The notes under the pieces are model-generated. The model was not told the origin of the DNA. It ran no database searches and saw only the letters and a program-made list of their open reading frames with translations. From positions 608,001 through 672,000 of the forward strand of contig CAWFKQ010000016.1 of NCBI GenBank assembly GCA_963816395.1: a stretch of 64,000 nt of DNA, given 5' to 3'. This document shows, one piece after another, positions 56,104-64,000 of this stretch (its first letter is position 1; each line of letters starts with the position of its first letter). The position numbers and the translations under genes were made by a program. The stretch is from an uncultured delta proteobacterium (GTDB lineage: Bacteria; Desulfobacterota; Desulfuromonadia; Desulfuromonadales; JACZKF01).

Positions 56104-56807
56104 ATGTGCAGACTTCTGGGCATCACCAATTTTGCCTATTCCAGGCATCACAAAATCGTCGAGAACTTCTGTGAACTCGCCCATGCCGGCGTCGTCATGG
56201 CGGGTGATCCTCCCGGGCACGCGGATGGCTGGGGGCTGGCCTTCTATCAGGGGGGGGACTCACTGTCCACAAAAGCGGTGTCAATCTGGTGCAGGAGACG
56301 GATAAAGTCCTCGGATTATTGAGCGCGACGGGCAACTCCCCGGTCATGATCCTTCATCTGCGCAAATCTGCCTGGGTCGACACCACCTGCACCCGGCACG
56401 CCCATCCCTTCCATTACAACGACGTGGTTTTTTTTCATAACGGAACTGTCTATGATTACAAGGGGTTGATTCCTGCCATCAAGACCCCATGCCGCGAAGA
56501 TGCGCTGGACACGGAAGTCCTCTTTCATCATTTCATGAGTGCCGAAGATCCGGAGTTGGGCCGGGCTTTTCTGGATACTGTCTCCACAATCAAGAGACGG
56601 GAATACAGGTTTTCCGCCCTGAATTGCGTTTTCAGCGATGGAGCCCGATTATTTGCTTACCGTGATTATACGAAGGAACCGGATTACTTCTCCCTCTACA
56701 AGGCTTATCGGGAAGCCTCCTGCCTCATTTCCTCGCAGCCGCTTGATGACAGTATTCAATGGGAGATGATGGGGAAGGGAGAATTCTTGGCGATCGAGGT
56801 TGGGTAA
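56104..56807 (+). CDS. Class II glutamine amidotransferase-like (Ntn) protein; frameshift in the G-run near 56250
   Basis: MCRLLG, HADGWGLAFY, HLRK, HPF, HNG, DTE across two frames. Confidence 0.85.
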
Positions 56808-56822
56808 CCCGGCGCGTGTGCG

Positions 56823-57973
56823 ATGAAGATCTGCCTGCTCGAACCTTTCCATGCTGGCTCCCACGCCGCCTGGGCCGAAGAGTACGCCCGCTGCAGCCGG
56901 CACGATGTCGAGCTGCTGACCCTGAGCGGACGGCACTGGAAGTGGCGCATGCATGGTGGAGCGGTGACCCTGGCGCGGCAGTTCCTGGCCAGCGGCTGCG
57001 ACCCTGACCTGCTTCTCGTCAGCGACATGCTCGATCTGACCACCTTTCTCGCCCTGACCCGCCGCAGAACGTCCGGTCTGCCGACGGTCCTCTATTTCCA
57101 CGAAAACCAGCTCACCTACCCCTGGTCGCCGGCCGATGCCGACCCGATCCGGCAGCGCGATGCCCACTATGCGTTCATCAATTACACCAGCGCCCTGGCC
57201 GCTGACGCCGTGCTGTTCAACTCCCGCTATCATCTCGAAGCCTTCGCCGGGGAATTGCCGGCCTTTCTCAAGAGCTTCCCCGATCAGAACGAGCTCGGGA
57301 GCCTGGCGCTGCTGGCGGCCAAAAGCGCCGTGCTGCCGTTGGCGCTCGATCTGCAGCGTCTCGACCAATACCGGTCGGAACAGCCGAAGGCCGCGGCAGC
57401 ACCGCCGCTGATCCTCTGGAATCACCGCTGGGAGTACGACAAGGGTCCCGAGGAATTCTTCGCAGCGCTCTATCGCCTGCAGGACGAAGGTCTCCCCTTC
57501 GAAGTGGCGATCCTCGGCGAAGCGTACCGCAATGTACCGCCGATCTTCGCCGAAGCGCGGCGGCGGCTCGGCAAGCGGCTCGTCCAGTTCGGTTACGCCC
57601 GGGATTTCGCCGAATATGCCCGCTGGCTCTGGCGGGCCGACATCCTGCCGGTCACCTCCCGCCACGACTTCTTCGGGGCCAGCGTCGTGCAGGCGATCTA
57701 CTGTCACTGCACGCCCCTGCTGCCGAGACGGCTCGCTTACCCCGAGCACCTGCCGGAATCGCTGCAGGACCGTTTCCTCTATGACGGCTTCGAAGGCCTG
57801 CTGAGCCGACTGCGCGAGATGCTCGGAAATCCGCCCCGGGAGACGGGGGAACTGCGCGCCCATGTCGCCCGGTATGACTGGGGGAGTTGGCCGGGCGTTA
57901 TGATGATCTCTTGGGGACACTCGGGGTTGAGGGCGCCGTCGCCATCAGGGATTCTCCAAGCGGCGTCCGCTAG
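56823..57973 (+). CDS. GT-B glycosyltransferase with DUF3524-like N-terminus (GTDC1-like); probable frameshift in the G-run near 57880
   Basis: EPFHAGSH, WKWRM, YFHENQLTYP, WNHRWEYDK, HDFFG; adding one G restores YDW..LA..YD. Confidence 0.85.
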
Positions 57974-58010
57974 GGAGAGGCGAAAAGGATTGGGCCTTGG
58001 GACAGTTCCG

Positions 58011-58057
58011 GGGGTCAGAGCTCCAAATATCAAATTGATATTTGGAGCTTTGACCCC
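58011..58057. repeat. 47-bp near-perfect palindrome (REP-like)
   Basis: 23-bp arms GGGGTCAGAGCTCCAAATATCAA / TTGATATTTGGAGCTTTGACCCC with one mismatch. Confidence 0.75.
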
Positions 58058-58207
58058 TTAGCCTCCTCACTGGCAGGCAGCACGTGGCTCACTTGCAATT
58101 TGAATCCACCCCCTCGCCCCCGGCAGATGGCCCCTGGGTGAGCAGGTGAAATCGATAGCTGCAACAAGCCTTATGTGAAAACGGGTCAGAATGTACTGGG
58201 GATTTAT

Positions 58208-59131
58208 TCAGCTCACAGGCGTAGCAAAGCTCCTGGGCTTGATGGTCAGGATCGAACAGCTGATTTTTTCCAGAACGAATTCGGCGGTGTTGCCGACGAG
58301 GAGACCCGGCAGACCGGTCCTTGCCACCGTTCCCATCACGACGATATCGGGCTTTTTCTTTTCGATCACCCCGGCCAGAGTCGGCCCCGGCTCCCCCTTG
58401 AACAGACTCGAGCGGATCGGGGTGTCGGCATAGGGGAGGAGCAAACGGTCCAGCCATTCCCGGCGGGTCTTCTGCACATTTTCAGCCAAGGTAGAGATTT
58501 CCTCTTGGCTCACCCTGAAACGTGGTCCGCGCAACATTTCCTCGCCATCGAGCTGCCAGGCGTGCACCACATCGATGTTCGCCCGCTCTATTTTCGCCAG
58601 AGATATCCCGATTTTCAGAAGATCTGCATGCAGGCGCAGTTTCTCCGGATCGGAAGGGTCCGGGTCGACAGCGATGAGGATTTTGCCGAACGGTTTTCTC
58701 TGCGTCGGCTTGATGATCCACAGCGGGCAGGGACATTTGCGCAGCAGATGCAGATCGGTACTGTCGAGAGACTTTTTGCCCGACCGGTTTTTCGGTTTGA
58801 TGATCAGGTCATGCGCATCGGAGAGTACGGCGCGGATCAGTTCGATAAAAGGCTTGCCGGTCAGGATTTTGATCTCTGCCTTTACCGCGGGGTCGAGGCG
58901 CCCGGCCAGCTTCTGGAGATGGTTCCGAGCCAGCGTACGGGCGGCATCCTCCAGCGCATTCAGTCGGGTTCTCGACAGAAAATAGCTGGCCGCCCTGGGG
59001 ATTTCTTCCATGACGATGGCAAGGGTGAGACGTGCCTGGTTGCTACTGGCCAGACGGCTGGCCCGGTCGATCGCGGCCATGTCCTCCTTGCCGCCGCAGG
59101 AAGCGAATAAAATATTTTTAAAACGCTCCAT
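58208..59131 (-). CDS. Tandem-domain universal stress protein (UspE-like)
   Basis: FKNIL, LLRKCPCPLWIIK, ILIAVD, VVMGTVARTGL.GLLVGNTAE. Confidence 0.92.
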   Translation of the reverse strand: MERFKNILFASCGGKEDMAAIDRASRLASSNQARLTLAIVMEEIPRAASYFLSRTRLNALEDAARTLARNHLQKLAGRLDPAVKAEIKILTGKPFIELIRAVLSDAHDLIIKPKNRSGKKSLDSTDLHLLRKCPCPLWIIKPTQRKPFGKILIAVDPDPSDPEKLRLHADLLKIGISLAKIERANIDVVHAWQLDGEEMLRGPRFRVSQEEISTLAENVQKTRREWLDRLLLPYADTPIRSSLFKGEPGPTLAGVIEKKKPDIVVMGTVARTGLPGLLVGNTAEFVLEKISCSILTIKPRSFATPVS

Positions 59132-59231
59132 CGAAAAGCCCCCTGGTTGGTTCTGCTAGTATATCATCTGTATTTTACCTAATAAGAATTTGCTTGTGGA
59201 AACGGAGCTTTCTCTGCGGCTACGCTGAACA

Positions 59232-61505
59232 GTGGCTGATATGTCAAGTACGCAAACGGAAGAACACAGGCCGGAAAAAACAACGGTGCTGCTTGCCCTT
59301 GTTCCAGGGGTGCTGTTTTTATTGCTGCTCTGCGCCCTGTCCGTCCTTCCGCTTCCCTGGCGGCTGATACAGCCATGGCTTCCCTCTTTGGACATCGAAC
59401 TGGCCATTTACGTCGATGGCCTGGCCGCCCAGTTCCTCCTCCTGATCACCGGGGTCGGCACTCTGGTGTTCATTTACGGCGCCGGCTATCTGGCAGGCGA
59501 TCCCCGCCGGCACCGCGTCTTCATCCTGCTGCTTCTGTTCATGACAGCCATGATCGGTGCGGTGGTCAGCAATCATCTTCTGGTGCTTTTCCTTTTCTGG
59601 GAGCTGACCAGTGTGCTCTCCTTTCTGCTGGTAGGTTTCGACCATGCGCAGGAGGCGAGCCGCAAATCGGCGCTGCAGGCGCTCCTGGTCACCGGCGCCG
59701 GCGGGTTGTGCCTGTTGGCCGGGATGATTCTGCTCGGACAGATCGCCGGAACCTACGACATCCAGTCTCTCCTCGCCGGCGCCCCGGCATTTCTGGACGA
59801 TCCGCGTCTTCGGCCGGCACTGATCCTGATCTTCCTTGGCGCATTTACCAAATCGGCGCAATTCCCCTTTCATTTCTGGCTGCCGAACGCCATGGCCGCG
59901 CCGACCCCGGTGAGTGCCTACCTGCATTCGGCGACGATGGTCAAACTGGGGATCTATCTGCTGGCGCGCCTCGACGCCGCGTTCAGCGATCTGCTCTTCT
60001 GGGAGTACGCGCTGGTCGGCGTCGGCACGCTCACGGCGGTTTTCGCCGCCTTCCAGACCCTGTACGAACGCGACCTCAAGCGCATTCTCGCCTGGTCGAC
60101 GGTGGCGACGCTGGGGACGCTGACCATGCTTGTCGGCCTGCCCGGAGAAGGCGCCGCCCTGGCGGTTGCCACCCTCTTTTTCGCCCATGCGCTGTACAAG
60201 GCGCCGCTCTTCTTCGTCGCCGGCAACCTCGATCATGGCGCCGGCACCCGCGATATCGACAAATTGACCGGCATGCGCCGCTACATGCCGTGGACCGCCG
60301 CCGTCGCCCTGCTGGCCGGTCTGTCGATGGCCGGACTGCCGCTGACCTTCGGCTTCGTCGCCAAGGACGCCATCACTTTCGCCAAAGCGCAGGCCGAAGT
60401 CCTGCACCTGGTGAGCTATGCCACGGTGTTCATCAACGGCATCGCCGTAGCGGTGGCCGCCATCGCCGCCGTGCGCATCTTCTGGGGGAAGGATACGGTG
60501 CCGCGCCAGGCGCATCCGCATGAGGCGCCTTTCAGCATGCTCTTCCCCCCGCTGGCGCTGGTAGCGGTCGGACTGCTTTTCGGTGTCGCCCCGACGCTGG
60601 TCGATCCCGTCCTCGGTGCCGCGGCGCGGGCCATCGCGCCCGGCTTCGCAGCGGGAGCAGCCGAGACCGCCTACGATCTCCTGCCGGTCCTGGAGGCGAC
60701 GCTGGGCACTATCCTGTTCGGTGTTCTGGCCTATTGGCAGTGGGACCGGCTGCATCGTCTCGTCAACCGTATCCGCCACTTGGAACATTACGGCCCGGAA
60801 TCGTGGTACCGGAATATTATCGGATTTCTGCCGCAGATAGCTTCCCGGCAAACCCGCCTGCTGCAGCATGGCCTGTTGCCCGGTTACCTGCTGACGCTGA
60901 TCGGCGGGGCCGTGCTGTTGATGCTGTTGTTTCTTTTCGCCGCGCGCCCGGCCGGGGTTTGGCCGGCCGTCTCGACGCTGAGCGCGCCGGTCCTCGGCGC
61001 CTCCCTGCTTATCGCCGCCGGCGCTGTCGCCGCCCTTTGCGTACGCGATCATCTGGTGCTGCTGCTGGTGGCGGGGCTGGTCGGCTACGGCAGCGCCATT
61101 CTCTTTCTTTTTACCGGCGCCCCCGACCTGGCTTTTACCCAGTTTGCCGTCGAAACGATCTTCGTGGTGGTCGTCGCCTCCGTCCTGCTCCGGCTGCGCC
61201 GGCACCCGGCGGCGGTAAAGGCTCCTGCCGAAAAACGATTGCGGCCACTGGCGCTCGGCATTTCGATCGCTTTCGGCGCCCTCCTGACCGTGCTGGTGCT
61301 GCTGGTCTCCGGCCGCCCTTTCGATACGCAGCTGTCGGACTTTTTCGCGGCGCAGAGCCTGCCGGCAGCGCACGGACGCAATGTCGTCAACGTCATCATC
61401 GTCGATTTTCGCGCCCTCGATACTCTCGGTGAAATTGCGGTGCTGGCCTTTGCCCTGCTTGCCGCCCTGCCCCTGCTCAAGATCGCACGCCGGAGGCGGC
61501 CATGA
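59232..61505 (+). CDS. mrpA: Mrp/Mnh Na+/H+ antiporter subunit A
   Basis: [67 protein letters not shown]. Confidence 0.93.
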   Translation: MADMSSTQTEEHRPEKTTVLLALVPGVLFLLLLCALSVLPLPWRLIQPWLPSLDIELAIYVDGLAAQFLLLITGVGTLVFIYGAGYLAGDPRRHRVFILLLLFMTAMIGAVVSNHLLVLFLFWELTSVLSFLLVGFDHAQEASRKSALQALLVTGAGGLCLLAGMILLGQIAGTYDIQSLLAGAPAFLDDPRLRPALILIFLGAFTKSAQFPFHFWLPNAMAAPTPVSAYLHSATMVKLGIYLLARLDAAFSDLLFWEYALVGVGTLTAVFAAFQTLYERDLKRILAWSTVATLGTLTMLVGLPGEGAALAVATLFFAHALYKAPLFFVAGNLDHGAGTRDIDKLTGMRRYMPWTAAVALLAGLSMAGLPLTFGFVAKDAITFAKAQAEVLHLVSYATVFINGIAVAVAAIAAVRIFWGKDTVPRQAHPHEAPFSMLFPPLALVAVGLLFGVAPTLVDPVLGAAARAIAPGFAAGAAETAYDLLPVLEATLGTILFGVLAYWQWDRLHRLVNRIRHLEHYGPESWYRNIIGFLPQIASRQTRLLQHGLLPGYLLTLIGGAVLLMLLFLFAARPAGVWPAVSTLSAPVLGASLLIAAGAVAALCVRDHLVLLLVAGLVGYGSAILFLFTGAPDLAFTQFAVETIFVVVVASVLLRLRRHPAAVKAPAEKRLRPLALGISIAFGALLTVLVLLVSGRPFDTQLSDFFAAQSLPAAHGRNVVNVIIVDFRALDTLGEIAVLAFALLAALPLLKIARRRRP

Positions 61506-61933
61506 CGCCGCGGGCACTGATCGCCGAAGTTTTCATGCGCCTGCTTTATCCGCTGCTGCTGCTCGCTTCCGTCTGGGTGCTGCTGCGCGGCCACAATGCT
61601 CCGGGCGGCGGCTTTATCGGCGGGCTGCTGGCGGTGGCGGCAAGCGCCGCCTATGCCCTGGTCTTCGGCGCCGCACCGGCCCTGCGGCGACTGCCGCTGC
61701 AGCCCGTGCGCCTCGCCGGCTGCGGCGTCCTGCTGGCCGTGCTGAGCGGCATGCCGGCGCTGCTGCAGGGATCGCCCTTTCTCACCCACCGCTGGGCAAG
61801 CCTTCCCCTGGGCGGAACGCAGCTGCCGCTTTCCACGGTGATCCTCTTCGATCTCGGCGTCTATCTCTGCGTCTGGGGGGCGATCGGCGGCTATTGTCTG
61901 GGGCTGGTGGGCGCCATCGAGGAGGAAGGATGA
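61502..61933 (+). CDS. mrpB: Mrp subunit B
   Basis: [19 protein letters not shown]. Confidence 0.93.
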   Translation: MTPRALIAEVFMRLLYPLLLLASVWVLLRGHNAPGGGFIGGLLAVAASAAYALVFGAAPALRRLPLQPVRLAGCGVLLAVLSGMPALLQGSPFLTHRWASLPLGGTQLPLSTVILFDLGVYLCVWGAIGGYCLGLVGAIEEEG

Positions 61934-62316
61934 TCTGGGCGGTGGCTTTGGCCCTGGGGGTCGTGGTCGCGGCGGGCACCTACCTGGCCCTGTCGCGCGA
62001 TCTGCTGCGCTGCCTGATCGGCCTGGCCCTCCTCGGCAACGGCATCAACCTGCTGCTGTTCGCCAGCGGCCGCCTCGGCAGCAATGCCCCGCCGGTGATC
62101 CGCGCCAGCGAATCGCTTCTCGAAGCGGCCGCCAATCCGCTGCCGCAGGCGCTGACCCTGACCGCCATCGTCATCAGTTTCGCCTTGCTCTGCTTTTCCC
62201 TGGTTCTGGCGGTGCGGATCGTCCGCTTGACGGGGAGCGACGACATCCATCAGCTGCGGGCGGCCGAGCCGCCGTCTGCCGATGCCGTCAAGCCGGCACT
62301 CGAGGAGGCGCCGTGA
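61930..62316 (+). CDS. mrpC: Mrp subunit C
   Basis: ATG 61930 overlapping the mrpB stop; [14 protein letters not shown]. Confidence 0.92.
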   Translation: MIWAVALALGVVVAAGTYLALSRDLLRCLIGLALLGNGINLLLFASGRLGSNAPPVIRASESLLEAAANPLPQALTLTAIVISFALLCFSLVLAVRIVRLTGSDDIHQLRAAEPPSADAVKPALEEAP

Positions 62317-63770
62317 CGCTGGCCCTTTCCCCTCTGCTGGTCCCCTTGGCCACCGCCTTCCTCTGTACGCTGACGATGTCCGCGCCGCGCCTGCAGCGGG
62401 GGATCAGCTTCGGCGGCGCCCTGGCGCTGCTGTCCTGTGCCGTCGCCCTGCTGCGGCAGGTCGTCGCCCACGGAACGGTGACGCTGGTGGCCGGCAACTG
62501 GCCGCTCCCCTTCGGCATCGAATTTGCCGCCGATCGCCTTGGCGCCGCCCTCGTTCTGGTCGCCGCCCTGATGCTGACGATCACTATTCTGTGGCAGAAG
62601 AGCGATGTCGATGCCGCGCCGCCCTCACCGGCGCTGCACCCGCTGCTGCACGGGCTGGTGGCCGGCGCGAGCGGCGCCTTCCTGACCGCCGACCTTTTCA
62701 ATCTGTACGTCTGGTTCGAAGTGGCGCTGATCTGCTCTCTCGGCCTGCTGGCACTGGGGGGCAGTCTGCGCCAGCTCGACGCCACGCTCAAATATTTCGC
62801 CCTCAATCTGGTCGGCACCCTGCTGCTGCTGACCGCCGTCGCCCTGCTCTACGCGACCACCGGTCAGCTCAATTTCGCCGCCCTGGGAGCCGCCGCGGCG
62901 CGCCAGGATGCCGCCCTCATGCTGCCCCTCATCGGTCTGCTGCTGATCGCCTTTCTGGTCAAGGCGGCGGCCTTCCCCTTCTTTGCCTGGCTCCCTGCCT
63001 CCTATCACACCCTGCCGGCGCCGGTGCTGGCGCTCTTTTCCGCCCTGCTCAGCAAGATCGGCATCTATGCGATCATCCGCACCCTGGGCGCGCTCTTTCA
63101 CCCGGCGCCGGGGCTGCTCTTCGCGGTCCTCGGCTGGATCGCCCTGCTGTCGATGCTGACCGGCGTCCTCGGCGCCGCCTACCACTGGGATATGCGGCGC
63201 ATTCTGGCCTTTCACAGCGTCAGTCAGATCGGCTACATCCTGCTCGGCATCGCCCTGGCCTCCCGCGCCGGGAACGCCGCGGCCATCTTCTTCACCCTCC
63301 ATCACAGCACGGTCAAGGCCGGCCTCTTCCTGACCGCCGCCCTCGTCTGCCGCCACACCGGCCATTACGACCTGCGGCGGATCGGCGGGCTGTACGCCGC
63401 CCGCCCCCGCCTGGCGGTTCTCTTTCTGCTGCTCGCCCTGTCGCTGGTCGGGATCCCCCCGTTCAGCGGCTTCTGGGGCAAATATTTCATCGTCCTCGAA
63501 AGCATCCGCCAGGGAGAATTTCTCTGGGCCGGCGTCGCCCTGTTCGTCGGCCTGCTGACTTTTTACTCGATGATGAAGATCTGGCTGGAAGCCTTCTGGA
63601 AACCGCATCCGGACAGCGGCTGGCAGCCGCCGAGCGGCGGGCGCCTGCTCCCCGCCTATACCGGTCTGGGGGTTCTTGTCCTGATTGCTTTGTGGATGGG
63701 GTTGTATCCCGAACCGCTGATCGCCTTCGCCGGCGACGCTGCGGCCACCTTGCGGGGAGGTTTGCCATGA
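62313..63770 (+). CDS. mrpD: Mrp subunit D
   Basis: DLFNLYVWFEV, WLPASY, SQIGY, GIPPFSGFWGK. Confidence 0.93.
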   Translation: MTLALSPLLVPLATAFLCTLTMSAPRLQRGISFGGALALLSCAVALLRQVVAHGTVTLVAGNWPLPFGIEFAADRLGAALVLVAALMLTITILWQKSDVDAAPPSPALHPLLHGLVAGASGAFLTADLFNLYVWFEVALICSLGLLALGGSLRQLDATLKYFALNLVGTLLLLTAVALLYATTGQLNFAALGAAAARQDAALMLPLIGLLLIAFLVKAAAFPFFAWLPASYHTLPAPVLALFSALLSKIGIYAIIRTLGALFHPAPGLLFAVLGWIALLSMLTGVLGAAYHWDMRRILAFHSVSQIGYILLGIALASRAGNAAAIFFTLHHSTVKAGLFLTAALVCRHTGHYDLRRIGGLYAARPRLAVLFLLLALSLVGIPPFSGFWGKYFIVLESIRQGEFLWAGVALFVGLLTFYSMMKIWLEAFWKPHPDSGWQPPSGGRLLPAYTGLGVLVLIALWMGLYPEPLIAFAGDAAATLRGGLP

Positions 63771-64000
63771 AATGGCGCCCGATCATCCTGCTCCGCCTGT
63801 TTCTCCGCTTTATCGGCCACTGCGTACTGTCGGGGATGACGACGGCAAGAATCATTCTGCAGCGCACCTCGCCACCGGCGGGGCTGGTCCGTCTGCGTTT
63901 CGCGCCGATGACCCCCACCGGCGCCGCGGTGCTGGGAGCGCTGGTGACCCTCACTCCCGGCAGCAGCGCCATCGATATCGATCTGGAACGGGGCGAAATC
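63767..64000 (+). CDS. mrpE: Mrp subunit E (runs off the right edge)
   Basis: ATGA overlap with mrpD; LVTLTPGS motif. Confidence 0.85.
   Translation, partial: MKWRPIILLRLFLRFIGHCVLSGMTTARIILQRTSPPAGLVRLRFAPMTPTGAAVLGALVTLTPGSSAIDIDLERGEI

Overview
GC-rich bacterial chromosome segment. Gene content suggests an anaerobic Desulfuromonadales/Geobacter-like deltaproteobacterium (inference). The left ~42 kb is an anaerobic aromatic-catabolism region. It holds (i) a p-cresol methylhydroxylase (pcm/pch-like) operon on the - strand with a sigma54 promoter and a divergent XylR/DmpR-type activator; (ii) a lone TRAP solute-binding gene, a CoA-transferase-GNAT fusion and a branched-chain-type ABC importer; (iii) a quinohemoprotein amine dehydrogenase operon (qhpADCB..FE) with a tungsten/molybdenum aldehyde:ferredoxin oxidoreductase and its own two-component system; and (iv) a benzoate-CoA ligase. 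The most striking feature is in the qhp operon: no FAD monooxygenase qhpG is visible, and a translationally coupled UbiV/UbiU-like U32 Fe-S protein pair is embedded instead. This suggests O2-independent tryptophan hydroxylation for CTQ cofactor biogenesis. The right ~22 kb is more housekeeping-like: yajD, a probable rhodanese selenoprotein with a SECIS-like hairpin, a DUF362 protein, an SPFH + tandem-AAA-Lon-protease + Hsp20 module, mscS, aconitase, an LD-carboxypeptidase-spmAB-GATase block, a glycosyltransferase, a USP and mrpABCDE. Caveat: about 4.5-13 kb is riddled with 1-nt indels and contains a ~2 kb poly-T tract, almost certainly long-read/assembly artefacts. Isolated 1-nt indels also occur elsewhere, so several gene boundaries are approximate. 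No database searches were run; family calls rest on motif recognition.
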